In this document: piece after piece, positions 47,033 to 57,371 of the stretch
How the letters are laid out: each line of letters opens with the position of its first letter
Position numbering within the stretch: position 1 is the stretch's first letter
Source: Bacillales bacterium UBA743
Lineage (GTDB): Bacteria > Bacillota_I > Bacilli_A > RFN20 > CAG-826
Length of the DNA stretch: 64,000 bases
Assembly: GCA_002297365.1 (NCBI GenBank)
Contig: DBKT01000011.1
Span: 210,650-274,649, forward strand
Direction: 5' to 3'
The notes under the pieces: model-generated
Databases searched by the model: none
Told to the model about the DNA's origin: nothing
The model's input: the letters and a program-made list of their open reading frames with translations, nothing else
Program-made: the position numbers and the translations under genes

Positions 47033-48361
47033 ATGTTAAGAAGAAGATTTGAGGAAAAACTAGAAATGTGGCTCGCTACAAACAAAGCTTTGTTAGTAGA
47101 CGGAGCTCGTCAAGTTGGAAAAACTTATCTCATCGACGTTTTTTGCAAAAAACATTTTGAAAATTACATTTATATAAACCTAGCTTTAAATCCTCAAGCA
47201 ATTCCCGCTTTTTCCCAAGCAAAAGATGTTAAAGACTTCCTTCTTGCTGTTTCCGCTTTTTCCGCCTCTCCGCTCATCCCTTCAAAAACAGTCATTTTCA
47301 TCGATGAGATTCAGTTAGCAAAAGACATCGACTTCCAGACAATGGCAAAAGGCTTTGTAATGGATGGCCGTTATCGTTTTATTTTTTCTGGCTCATTATT
47401 AGGCGTAACTACGTTTAATACCGCTTTAGAACCAACGGGATACCTTTATGAAGAAAGAATGTATCCATTAGATTTTGAAGAGTTTCTTTGGGCTAATAAC
47501 GTGCAAAACCCCGTCATTCAAAAAATAAAGGATTGCTACAGGAATAAGCAAGAAGTTCCAGCGTTTATTCACGAAAAGATGATAAATTTATTCTATCAAT
47601 ACTTAATGGTTGGAGGCATGCCTGACGCTGTGGAAACGTTTGTTAAAACGAATGATTTAGCCGCAACTCATCTTATTCACAAAGCAATTGAAACATATTA
47701 TAAAAAAGACATTACAAAATACGCCTCTGAAGAGCATCGTCCTTATATCATTAATGCGTATGATCTAATCCCAAGCGAATTAAGTAGCAAGACAAAGCGT
47801 TTTGTTCTTTCTAAAGTGGATAAAAATTATTCCGTATTACGTTGTGAAAACGATTTTCTTTGGCTTAAAGACGCAGGAATAGCAATTCCAGTTTATAACG
47901 TTGATGAGCCAAAAATCCCTTTATTGTTGAGCAAGAACAACAAATTATTAAAGCTTTTTGCAAACGATGTTGGCTTACTTTGTTACCGTTTATTATCAAC
48001 GGGCATACAAGAAAAAATATTAGCGCACGAAAAAGACATCAATTTTGGTGGAATCTTCGAGAACGTAACTGCTCAAGAACTACTTTGTCACGGATTTGAT
48101 TACAATGCCCTTTTCTATTTCTCTAGCAAAAAACAAGGCGAGGTTGATTTTTTAATTACATACCAAAACGAGGTATTGCCTATTGAGATAAAATCTGGCA
48201 AAGACTATAAAAGGCATTCCGCATTAAACAACTTGATTTCGAAGAAGGAATATGACATTCACCAAGCTCTTATTTTTGGCAATTGCAACGTAGAAATTCG
48301 TGATGAAAAAACATATCTTCCTATTTATATGATTGACTTTTTAAGACAAGAAACCATCTAA
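47033..48361 (+). CDS. AAA-superfamily ATPase of the archaeal-ATPase type with C-terminal DUF4143-type domain
   Basis: Walker A GARQVGKT, Walker B VIFIDEIQ. Architecture and length (442 aa) typical of AAA_14 + DUF4143 proteins. Confidence 0.7.
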   Translation: MLRRRFEEKLEMWLATNKALLVDGARQVGKTYLIDVFCKKHFENYIYINLALNPQAIPAFSQAKDVKDFLLAVSAFSASPLIPSKTVIFIDEIQLAKDIDFQTMAKGFVMDGRYRFIFSGSLLGVTTFNTALEPTGYLYEERMYPLDFEEFLWANNVQNPVIQKIKDCYRNKQEVPAFIHEKMINLFYQYLMVGGMPDAVETFVKTNDLAATHLIHKAIETYYKKDITKYASEEHRPYIINAYDLIPSELSSKTKRFVLSKVDKNYSVLRCENDFLWLKDAGIAIPVYNVDEPKIPLLLSKNNKLLKLFANDVGLLCYRLLSTGIQEKILAHEKDINFGGIFENVTAQELLCHGFDYNALFYFSSKKQGEVDFLITYQNEVLPIEIKSGKDYKRHSALNNLISKKEYDIHQALIFGNCNVEIRDEKTYLPIYMIDFLRQETI

Positions 48362-49200
48362 ACTAATATATGGGTCGCCTCTTTTAACAAAGCAAAAAGA
48401 AAACGGCCTCTTTTCCTTTTTCGGAATGGGGACAGATAGGCTTTACCGAACGGGCAATTAAACTGCGACACATCGGTTGTCCATTTCTTGTTCGACCCAT
48501 CGCTTTTGAAGTTCCTGTTGACGACATTCTCTGCGATACGCCCGACTTCGCCTTGATGCGAATGGTATTTCTGCTTCCTTCTCCTTCCGGATAAAGACAT
48601 CTCGTTCATTCGTTTTTGGATTTTTTTGTGGTTTACGGTCATTCCTTCGTTTCTTAAGGAAGCGTATATCCTTCGGACCCCGTATATCCCTTTGTTTTTA
48701 TGGAAGATGTCTTCAATGTGCTTCTTTAGTTCTTCGTCTTTGCCGGCCTTGCTAAATCGCTGCAGCTCAAAATAGTAGGTCGATTTGGGCAGGCCAGATA
48801 TCAGCCAGAAGAATCGTTAGGCCGCATTTATTTTCTTTTTGGGCGGTCTCGATGATCTTTCTTTTTTCGCCTTGCCTAGCTTGGCCGTTTTTGATGTGGG
48901 CATTTTTGGCGACGCCCACTACCGAGTTTCCGGCCAAAACCTTCACGACCAATTCAAATCTTTGTTTGGCAGTCCAATCCCGATTCGCTGAGCTGTGCTT
49001 CAATCCGCAGAGGCCAAGATTGTCTAACGCTTTCACCCAGGCTCTCACATGGTTTGAAAAGGGTTTTGCTTCTTGCGGCAGGAGCAAAATCTCACCTTAC
49101 TTCATTATACTTGAGAACGCAATCAAGTCTGAATTTCCAATCCTATTTCATGAAAAATACCCCTTTCCTGGTTTTGCCCAGGATTAGGGGTGCATTTCAA
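48362..49200. mobile_element. Degenerate IS3-family insertion sequence remnant (truncated orfB plus scrambled orfA-like fragments)
   Basis: Minus-strand translation of about 48400-48800 gives ...GIYGVRRIYASLRNEGMTVNHKKIQKRMNEMSLSGRRRKQKYHSHQGEVGRIAENVVNRNFKSDGSNKKWTTDVSQF, the conserved N-terminal region of IS3-family OrfB. No DDE core and no intact ORF. Confidence 0.6.
48365..48800 (-). pseudogene. Truncated IS3-family transposase OrfB (N-terminal HTH/linker region only)
   Basis: As above; frame interrupted and catalytic domain absent. Confidence 0.55.
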
Positions 49201-49328
49201 AATGCTTCTTCTTTTTGTGGGAATGAATGAACCCTGTATCAACATAACACTTGATTCAAACAAATATTTTTTACACAAATATTTTTGGGTCAAATTTTTT
49301 TGTGTTAAAATACTGAGGGGGAGAAACT

Positions 49329-50732
49329 ATGTTCGTTGGTAGAAAAGAAGAAATATCTAAATTAAAAGAATTCTTAAATGGCGACACCTTTAAGGCAGGA
49401 ATGATATATGGCAGGAGGCGCGTAGGGAAAACTGAAATCATTAAACAAGTTTTGAAAGAGGAGAAAGATTCTCTTATTTTGCATTGCGAATGTAAGAAAG
49501 TCCTTGATTCTATCAATCTGTCTCTTTTAGAAAGAGAAACCAAAACCGCCCTTCACTTGCCTGAATATGTCCATTTCTCGAATTTTGATGAATTATTTGA
49601 ATCCATATTCAATGAAGCAAAAAAACGGAAGATTATTTTCGTCATGGATGAATTTTCTTATTTACCATTAGGAGGAGAAAATGGTGTTGATGCAAGTCTG
49701 GCACGAATAATTGATTTAGAAAAATCTGACCAACTGCATCTAAAGCTTCTTATATCCGGTTCTTATTGCGATCTCATGCAAGGGCTTATTGACAACAAAT
49801 CGCCTCTTCACGGTCATTTCGATCTCATAGAAGAAATTCATGAATTTGATTATTATGATGCTGCGAAGTTTTTCCCAAACTATTCCTCAGAAGAAAAATT
49901 TAAGGCTTATGCTGTTTTTGGCGGGCTTCCATATGCTTTATCTTTATTAAACCCTGAAAAAAGTGTCGAGGAGAACATCAAAAAATTATTTGGCGTAGAC
50001 ACTTCAGAAATGATTTTGCTTTGTCAAGAAATGACGGAAAATGAAAGTTCTAAGGTCTCCTTTCTCAACAGCGTTCTTAACCTAATTGCCACAGGCAAAC
50101 ACAAATTTAGTGATATTGTTGCTTCCCTAGGCAAATCTTCAAGGCCAGAATATGCTTTAGCAAAAGGAATCGGTTTACATTTCATCAAGAAAATTTCGCC
50201 TATCAACGACGAAGAGAATAAAAAACTCACTTTTTATGATTTTGACGATAATCTAATTTATTTTTATTATCGATACGTTTTTGCGAATGGATCTGCACGT
50301 TCTTTTCTAGGCAAAGAACTCTTTTATAAAGAGGTCATAGAAGAGGATCTAAACAAATATTATTTGCCAAAAATGTTTGAGAAAGTGAGCAAAGAATTTT
50401 TAATTCGAAAAAATCGGGCCGGCTTTATCAAACCACCTTTCTTTAAAATAGGGACGTACAGCTTTAATGATGCTAAAGAAAAGAAAAACTATCAATTCGA
50501 CGTTGTTACACAAGATAAGAACGGCTTCATTTCCTATGAATGCAAATATGCAAAAAATCCTATAGATATTGAAGTTCTAAATGAGGAAATAAGGCAAACA
50601 TCTACATCCCCTCTTCCATTTTATAATTTGGGTTTTATATCCAAAAACGGCTTTTCCGCTAAAGAAAAGTACACAGGTAGAGTTACCTATACTCTAGAAG
50701 ACTTCTACGCTTCGAATTTAGAAACTATATAA
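49329..50732 (+). CDS. ATP-binding protein of the archaeal-type ATPase family (ATPase_2 + DUF234-type winged-helix C-terminal region)
   Basis: Walker A GRRRVGKTE, Walker B IIFVMDEFSY. 467 aa. SD GAGGGGGAG upstream. Confidence 0.65.
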   Translation: MFVGRKEEISKLKEFLNGDTFKAGMIYGRRRVGKTEIIKQVLKEEKDSLILHCECKKVLDSINLSLLERETKTALHLPEYVHFSNFDELFESIFNEAKKRKIIFVMDEFSYLPLGGENGVDASLARIIDLEKSDQLHLKLLISGSYCDLMQGLIDNKSPLHGHFDLIEEIHEFDYYDAAKFFPNYSSEEKFKAYAVFGGLPYALSLLNPEKSVEENIKKLFGVDTSEMILLCQEMTENESSKVSFLNSVLNLIATGKHKFSDIVASLGKSSRPEYALAKGIGLHFIKKISPINDEENKKLTFYDFDDNLIYFYYRYVFANGSARSFLGKELFYKEVIEEDLNKYYLPKMFEKVSKEFLIRKNRAGFIKPPFFKIGTYSFNDAKEKKNYQFDVVTQDKNGFISYECKYAKNPIDIEVLNEEIRQTSTSPLPFYNLGFISKNGFSAKEKYTGRVTYTLEDFYASNLETI

Positions 50733-50744
50733 CGTTATAACGAA

Positions 50745-51260
50745 TCAACATTCCTTAAATGCTTTTCCCCATGCACAAACAAGTTTCTCTAAAGAATACG
50801 ACGCATTCGCACTAGATGAACTCGGTAAAGAGATGACCGGAAGATTATCTTTCTTATTCTCCATGTAATACTTGTATGCGGATTTGCCATTACACAGAAT
50901 GACATGTATTTGAGAATTCTTTAAGATGTTAGAAAGATCGGTGGGTTTAGCATTTTGAATGCTAGAATCCGCCGCACCTTGGATTTCTAGGCTTTCAATC
51001 GCATCATAAAGAGCAATTCTATGTTTCTTTAGAAACGTCTTCTTTTCCTCGATCGTTTGGGGAATGTTTTCTTTGAAAATCCCAGCCAGGATTTTCCAGA
51101 AACGGTTTTGCTTATGACCATAATAAAACCCTTCTTGCCTGCTAACGGGGCTAGGAAAACTCCCAAGAATCAGAATCTCGCTGCTTTGATCATAAAAAGG
51201 CCCAAAAGGGTGAGAATGAAAGAAAGAGGCCTTCGTTTCGATTTGTTTTTTCATGCTCAA
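50745..51260 (-). CDS. Uracil-DNA glycosylase superfamily protein (DNA-deoxyinosine/mismatch glycosylase-like, family 4/HDG type)
   Basis: N-terminal motif ILILGSFPS...GFYYGHKQNRFW and C-terminal HP-like region typical of small UDG-superfamily enzymes. 171 aa. Confidence 0.5.
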   Translation of the reverse strand: MSMKKQIETKASFFHSHPFGPFYDQSSEILILGSFPSPVSRQEGFYYGHKQNRFWKILAGIFKENIPQTIEEKKTFLKKHRIALYDAIESLEIQGAADSSIQNAKPTDLSNILKNSQIHVILCNGKSAYKYYMENKKDNLPVISLPSSSSANASYSLEKLVCAWGKAFKEC

Positions 51261-51299
51261 ATTAAAGAAAACAGGAAATCCATTAGACCCATATGTATT

Positions 51300-54200
51300 T
51301 TAACGATTTTGAATGGCGTCGATTGGCTTTTTATTTGCCAACCTCGCAACCGGAAGGAACGAAGAAATAAAGGCGGCAAGGAAAGCAACCCCGAACATAG
51401 CCAAAACCACCACTATATTCGGATTCATAACAGAGAATGAAATAGAGAAGTTTTTTGCAAGCTCTACGTTCATCAAGAAAGAGAAAGCAAAGGTGCAGAT
51501 AACCGACAAAACGAAATTAAAGAGGGCGATAATGCAGGCTTCCGAATAAAAAATCTTAAAGACGTCCGCGCGTTTGGCACCGACTGCACGAAGAATGCCG
51601 ATTTCCCTTTTCTTATTGTTAATCGAAACAGAGATGAAGTTATAGAAAAGAAGCATGCTAAACGCCGCCAAACCAATACCGATATAAAGGAAGATGGAAG
51701 TGAACATCGTCAGCATGTCCCCAATGAATTTTACATAGGAAAGGGAATTCTCAAAGAAAGAGAGGGACCAATCCCCGTCCTTCATGGTGCTATAGTCGTT
51801 ATTCTTGGCTTTTTCCAAAAAGAAATCCATGAAAGATCCAACCGTTTTTGAATCATTCCCGAAAGCAACGTAAGAATAGGATGAGGAAGAGGATCCTCCA
51901 TTCGAAGGAGCGCTTTCCTTTATGGATGGCGCGTCATCTTTGGAGACGCTCATCATAATCGCTCCTTCCTCACAATCCAAATCTATACCCACCACCTTTA
52001 AAGGCAATGAATAGCTGTCTTCATAGCTTAAAATGGTCTCAAAAGGCTTTTGGTTTACTTTTTCTATAAGTGTTTTTATCCCTTGCGTAAGGTAAGCTTC
52101 AAGTTCTTCCCCTTCATCTATTTCGTTTTCATATCTGTTGAGAAAAATCTTAACGGCCTCTTTCTTTGATCTCTCATCGGTGATTTCCCCCATACCCGCC
52201 ACGGCATTCTGAAATGGGGCCGCGTCTTTGTATTTCTCGTAGATTTCGACATAATGGTCGTCAAGATAATCTGAAAAAAGCTGGTTCCAAAAATCTTGGT
52301 AATTATCCATGAAATCCTTTAAATCGAAAGGATAGGCCTTATCAATTGAATCCTGATACGTTTTTATAGCGGAAAGATAATAGGAATAATATTCTCCGGT
52401 TTTGTCTACAATGTCTTCACCGAACTTCCCAGTGACAAAAACGTCCACATAACGACTGAAAATCTGATATTTTTGAGAATCCGTGGCACCCGTGTAATCA
52501 AAATTAGGGTTTCCTTTATCATCATAGGTCGGTTCGATGACCCGCAAAGAATAGGAATCGTTCCCTTCGTTGATTCTTTTCACTAAGTCGATATGCTTAT
52601 CAAAGAAGTCGCTGTATTTATCACATTTGGTTTTATAGGCTGCAGCCTCTTTCGTCGCCTCTTCGCTTAAAGAGAAACGGCTGATTCCAGAAACCCGATA
52701 AAGATTATCGTCTTCTTTTTCCTCTGTTTGGTAAGCGCCAGGGAATACGAAATCATAGGTATTTTCTTGTGAGCCGTCGTCTAAATAAGTAGAAAGGGCG
52801 CCCAAAGAAAGCAAGGCCTCTCCTTTTGAAAGAGCTGCAGGATGGGATTGATCAAAGTAAACAAAATTCTTATGGTTGCGATAATAGCCGATATCGTTTA
52901 TAAAGGCCTTCCCGCCTTTTGTGGTGAATTGAAAGTTCTTTCCTGATACGACAACGGACGCATCCGTTCCTTTTCTTTCTCCAACAAAAAGAGAAGAATG
53001 CAGGCTTGGCCCATAACGTAAGGAATTCAAATCCGAGTTGATTTCAATGTTTTCACCGTTGGATGCAGTGTCTCGATATTTTAAAAATTCCTCTGGAAGT
53101 TTCGTGTCAACAATTCCTGAAATCGTCAAGGAAGGGACGTCTATGCCGGAATCGTATCTATTAGAGACGGTATCCAATTTCGATCCGATGATTTTCTCTT
53201 GCGTTACTTTCCCCGCTTCGATACTGTCAAGATCGTTCTGATTGCCAAAGCCAAAATCTTCATAGGTATAGTATTCATATAAAGTAATAAGGCATTCCGT
53301 GTCGTCTTTTGGCATTTTTCCGCTCACGAGAGTGAAATCAAAATCGTTTAAGAAAGAATCCTTTAGAGGAACGTTTGCGCTAAAACCAGTCAAATGGAAA
53401 AAATCGTTTTGGTTGCTAGGCGTATTAAAACGCGAATTGACTTCGTTCGTATACGAAAGATATATCTTGCTCCCCGTCTTATCTTCGATTTCTTTTACGC
53501 GCTCTGGCGAATATCCCTTAGCACTGCCGCGTTCGGATAAAATAAGAGTTGCATAATGCATATCCTCTTTTTTAACGACGGACATCAAAGCGTCTTTCGT
53601 ATTGAAAAGAGAAGCGGTAATGCTCATCCCGAACAGAGAAAAAGAAAAGGTCGAAAGCAAGATTGTCATTGCTAAACGGAACGGTTTCACTTTCATAGAG
53701 CGTGCGCCCATTTTTATGGCGCGTTCTAAAGAAAATTTGCTTTTAATTGCTTCAAAGGATCCATGCCTATCAACGATTTTATCCGCATCCGTATTCACGA
53801 ATTCCTCACGATTCCCATTTTTATCGATCTTCGCTTCTTGACGAATGCTTTCGTTGATGTGAGGGTCGGAAACAATAAATACATCACCTTTCCCTTTAGC
53901 GATTGTTTCGTTAATTAAGGGAAGATCATCTGCTGTTAAAGGGCGATTCCCATCAAGGAGAAGAAGGTTATCTCCAAGCACGGAGAGACCGTCTTTTGTA
54001 ACCTTAGAAGGGCATGATGTTTTGCTGACATCGGATATCACCTTCCCATCCTTTAATTCGATAATGCGGTCGCCATAACGCTCTGCAAAATCGCGATCAT
54101 GAGAAACGACAACGACCAATTTATCCTGAGAAAGTTTTTTCAAGGTATCGAAAACCTGTTTTCCCGTGTTGCTGTCCAAAGCGCCAGTCGGTTCATCGGC

Positions 54201-54689
54201 AAAGATGATTTTAGGTTCCTTTACTAAGGCTCTGGCAATGGCGACTCTTTGTTTTTGGCCACCGGACAATTCGTTTGGCTTTCTTTTGCCATAGCCGGCC
54301 AAATCCACTTTCTCAAGAATCTTTTTCACTTCTTCATCTGTTGCTTTTTTATGCTGTAATTGAAGAGCCAAGGCAATATTCTCTTTTACATTGAAGTCGG
54401 ATAATATGTTGTATTCCTGAAAAATAAAGCCGAGGTACGTGTTACGGTAAGAATCCATCTCTCCTTTAGAGAAGTCCTTGCTCGATTTCCCGTCGATGAT
54501 GATTTCGCCTTCATCGGCAACATCCAAGCCACCCATTACATTTAATAAGGTGGATTTGCCTGAGCCAGATTTGCCCAAAATGAAAACAAGGCCTTTTTCA
54601 GGAAACCTCAAAGAAATATCATTTAACGCATACACGGGTTCAGCATTTTTAACACGATAGATACGTTTTAGATGTTTTACCTCTAGCAT
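51300..54689 (-). CDS. Fused ABC transporter ATP-binding/permease protein (MacB/FtsX-like: ATPase, about 700-aa extracytoplasmic region, C-terminal FtsX 4-TM domain)
   Basis: Walker A GKSGSGKST, signature LSGGQKQRVAIARA and Walker B IIFADEPTGALD at the N-terminus. FtsX-type C-terminus (ILRAVGAKRADVFKIF...). Confidence 0.8.
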   Translation of the reverse strand: MLEVKHLKRIYRVKNAEPVYALNDISLRFPEKGLVFILGKSGSGKSTLLNVMGGLDVADEGEIIIDGKSSKDFSKGEMDSYRNTYLGFIFQEYNILSDFNVKENIALALQLQHKKATDEEVKKILEKVDLAGYGKRKPNELSGGQKQRVAIARALVKEPKIIFADEPTGALDSNTGKQVFDTLKKLSQDKLVVVVSHDRDFAERYGDRIIELKDGKVISDVSKTSCPSKVTKDGLSVLGDNLLLLDGNRPLTADDLPLINETIAKGKGDVFIVSDPHINESIRQEAKIDKNGNREEFVNTDADKIVDRHGSFEAIKSKFSLERAIKMGARSMKVKPFRLAMTILLSTFSFSLFGMSITASLFNTKDALMSVVKKEDMHYATLILSERGSAKGYSPERVKEIEDKTGSKIYLSYTNEVNSRFNTPSNQNDFFHLTGFSANVPLKDSFLNDFDFTLVSGKMPKDDTECLITLYEYYTYEDFGFGNQNDLDSIEAGKVTQEKIIGSKLDTVSNRYDSGIDVPSLTISGIVDTKLPEEFLKYRDTASNGENIEINSDLNSLRYGPSLHSSLFVGERKGTDASVVVSGKNFQFTTKGGKAFINDIGYYRNHKNFVYFDQSHPAALSKGEALLSLGALSTYLDDGSQENTYDFVFPGAYQTEEKEDDNLYRVSGISRFSLSEEATKEAAAYKTKCDKYSDFFDKHIDLVKRINEGNDSYSLRVIEPTYDDKGNPNFDYTGATDSQKYQIFSRYVDVFVTGKFGEDIVDKTGEYYSYYLSAIKTYQDSIDKAYPFDLKDFMDNYQDFWNQLFSDYLDDHYVEIYEKYKDAAPFQNAVAGMGEITDERSKKEAVKIFLNRYENEIDEGEELEAYLTQGIKTLIEKVNQKPFETILSYEDSYSLPLKVVGIDLDCEEGAIMMSVSKDDAPSIKESAPSNGGSSSSSYSYVAFGNDSKTVGSFMDFFLEKAKNNDYSTMKDGDWSLSFFENSLSYVKFIGDMLTMFTSIFLYIGIGLAAFSMLLFYNFISVSINNKKREIGILRAVGAKRADVFKIFYSEACIIALFNFVLSVICTFAFSFLMNVELAKNFSISFSVMNPNIVVVLAMFGVAFLAAFISSFLPVARLANKKPIDAIQNR

Positions 54690-54860
54690 AAATTTACCTC
54701 AGTTTGTGCATGAATACGTTACTGTTTTCTATTCATGACTTGTACATTATAAGCATTCCTTCCCAACAAAGAATGAAAAGAAAACGGCAGATATCTGAAA
54801 AAACAATTGAAATTTTCATTATTGCCTTTTAAATAATTTCATATTTCGCGAGGATAAATA

Positions 54861-56969
54861 ATGAAAAAAGGAAAAATAATGATATTGGCGTCGTTTCTCT
54901 TGTTAGGATCTTGCACCGTAAATGAAGGAAGTTCCAGTGAGGAAGCGAATTCAGAAGGAACCGCCTCATCCAGTAATGTTGCATCTTCTATTTCCAGTAA
55001 GGAGGAGAATCCGGCAAACGCCAAGTTCACCTTAAAAATGAATGGTGACTTGCATTTAAACCAAAGCCGTTCCATTTATGCCGTTCTTAAAGAAGGCGTA
55101 ACAGGAAACGTCGTCTTTGAATCTTCTAATCCAAGTGTCATCCGCACCTCCAAAATGGAAGGAATCAGCAACGAGGTTCTTTTGAGCGCCGTTAGTGAAG
55201 GAGAAGCAACAATCACCGCTTATCTAGAAGGAGAAGAAGACGTTGTCGTCTCAAAAACCATCACCATCGCTCATGGCACAGCTTTATCTCAAGAGACTTT
55301 CAACAAATTAACCGGCTCCATGAAAGTGAGCTTAACGCAAACGCTATACGATTATGATAGTCAGCTTCAGCCAACCCTCTATGAGAAATGCGATGTCACT
55401 ACCATCTATGAAGAAGTAGATGACATGGATACCTATCATAACACCGACGCGTATCAAATCACCGTTAAAGACCATGAGAGCCAAAAAGTCACTTTCGAAA
55501 GAAAATATGTTCGTAATGGCGTCCGTCTTGCTACCGAATACATCAACAAAGATAACGAAATAGGAAAAATTACCCAATTCAATGAAGAAGGCGAGGAATA
55601 TAAATGGGTGAACTCCTATTATGAAAATCTATGGAAATATGAAGAGAACACGGATTCTGAAGCTCTAGTAACCGCTAGCGATTTCGAAAGCTTTGATGGA
55701 GGAAATACCTACCATTATGTAGGGAATAGTCTTTGGGCTACCACTTATTTAGCCTGCTCCCTTCTTCTCGAGAATATCACCCCAGATGAATTTGCTATAA
55801 CCGTAAACGGCGATTCTCTAGGAATATATTTTGTCACCGATCCATACGGAAAAGATGGCGCGGAAGCAAAAGGAGGACAAGTCGTAGAAGGAAAAATCTC
55901 TGACATCGGCACGGCAAAAATCGAACATGAGAAGCCATACGAACATGAGGACTATCATGACGCTTTAGAAGTGGCGAGAGCAGAATTGGCCTCCTCTAAA
56001 AACTACACCACAACATATAGCATCGACGGAGAAGATGGCAAAACCACTTACACAATCGCTTACACCGACGACACTATCGAAGAGAAAATCGTTGATTCGG
56101 CAGGAAAGATCCTTGCTCATGATGGTGCCCACAAAACCGAGACAGGATACTTCACTTATAGTTACGACGATGAGACTTCAACCATCACGAAAACCAAAGA
56201 CTATGTTGCGGGGTGGGATTCCGTTAATCGTTATCCGACATTTGATTTTGCCGTTGAAATTCTTGGCCCGGAAACAGATGGTGTATATAAATCCCGCGGG
56301 AGCAACACCGGTTCATTCTTCTCCTATTGTTGGATTTTGCCAAAATACGCGTATTTCTACACAGTGAATGGCGAGGTTTCCATAACTTTGAAAGACGGGC
56401 ATTTCGCGAGCATGAAAGCGAAACTGACTTCTTCTACCCTAAACGATACGATCGAATTCACTGGAGAGTATTCCAAAATCGGCAACACCACCTTGGATTA
56501 CGATTGGAGCACGGTTCAAGACCAAACGGAACCAACCGAATATCCTTCCGAATTGCTCGCTTCTTTAAAAGAATGGGGCGTGGACAAAGTCGTTCCATAT
56601 CTCTACCCAACAAATACAGGATATAGAGATTCCTCTGTCGCCTGGGTTAGATGGAAAGATTCCTCTGGAACAATGGATTCCAATTATTCGAAATACGTCG
56701 CATTCAGAACGGAAGAATTCGAAACCAACGAACAAAGAGATGCCTACCTTAGCAAATACAAAGAGCTCTTAGTCTCCCTTGGTTGGAAACTCACGGATGA
56801 GGAAGATGAAAATATGGGCTATCTTTTCTATGTTGATCCAACAGGCGAATGGAAATTATCCGTAGGTGAAAATAAGAACTGGTCCGGAGGTTCTTCAACA
56901 AAGGGCGTTCTTTTCACCATTACCAATAAATCGAATAAGCTTCCAACCCCTGCCTCTTATTTCGATTAA
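54861..56969 (+). CDS. Surface lipoprotein with a Big_2-like Ig domain; function unknown
   Basis: Lipobox LGSC. S-rich linker. Ig-like segment (NPSVIRTSKMEGISNEVLLSAVSEGEATITAY). 702 aa. Confidence 0.55.
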   Translation: MKKGKIMILASFLLLGSCTVNEGSSSEEANSEGTASSSNVASSISSKEENPANAKFTLKMNGDLHLNQSRSIYAVLKEGVTGNVVFESSNPSVIRTSKMEGISNEVLLSAVSEGEATITAYLEGEEDVVVSKTITIAHGTALSQETFNKLTGSMKVSLTQTLYDYDSQLQPTLYEKCDVTTIYEEVDDMDTYHNTDAYQITVKDHESQKVTFERKYVRNGVRLATEYINKDNEIGKITQFNEEGEEYKWVNSYYENLWKYEENTDSEALVTASDFESFDGGNTYHYVGNSLWATTYLACSLLLENITPDEFAITVNGDSLGIYFVTDPYGKDGAEAKGGQVVEGKISDIGTAKIEHEKPYEHEDYHDALEVARAELASSKNYTTTYSIDGEDGKTTYTIAYTDDTIEEKIVDSAGKILAHDGAHKTETGYFTYSYDDETSTITKTKDYVAGWDSVNRYPTFDFAVEILGPETDGVYKSRGSNTGSFFSYCWILPKYAYFYTVNGEVSITLKDGHFASMKAKLTSSTLNDTIEFTGEYSKIGNTTLDYDWSTVQDQTEPTEYPSELLASLKEWGVDKVVPYLYPTNTGYRDSSVAWVRWKDSSGTMDSNYSKYVAFRTEEFETNEQRDAYLSKYKELLVSLGWKLTDEEDENMGYLFYVDPTGEWKLSVGENKNWSGGSSTKGVLFTITNKSNKLPTPASYFD

Positions 56970-57017
56970 TCAAAGTCGCAAGCCAAATTGTCTCATCTTA
57001 AAAGTTCTTTCTACCAA

Positions 57018-57056
57018 AACGCCCTTCGTTTTATTAAAAATAAAGGGCGTTTTTTC
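57018..57056 (+). terminator. Rho-independent terminator (9-bp GC-rich stem AACGCCCTT/AAGGGCGTT, T5 tail)
   Basis: Located 50 bp after the lipoprotein stop. Confidence 0.5.
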
Positions 57057-57371
57057 ATAAATATCTTATGAGGTCTATCTTTTGATAATGAATTATAAAA
57101 ATCACTAAGGATGATAACGTTTGATAATGAATGATAAAAATAAATCACAATGATAAATTAAAAGGAGGGAAGGCATAATAAATCCATATTCATTAACCTT
57201 CGGCATGGGGCCAAAGGAATAAATCAAAAAGACCCAAGGACTTTCTTAATGTTCTAAACGTTTTCTCGGATGATAACCCAGAAAATCGTTGCATCAACAG
57301 TCTTAGAATCCTTCACAAAGTCATTATAAGAAAGCAAACCTAATAACACCTAACCATTGTGATTCAAGGTT

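Noticed and set aside
48767-49187. Intact IS3 orfA (ORFs 48767..49087 and 48852..49187)
   Set aside because: Only short stretches resemble IS3 OrfA (WVKA...GL.GL). The order is scrambled and the frames are interrupted. I call it a degenerate remnant rather than a gene.
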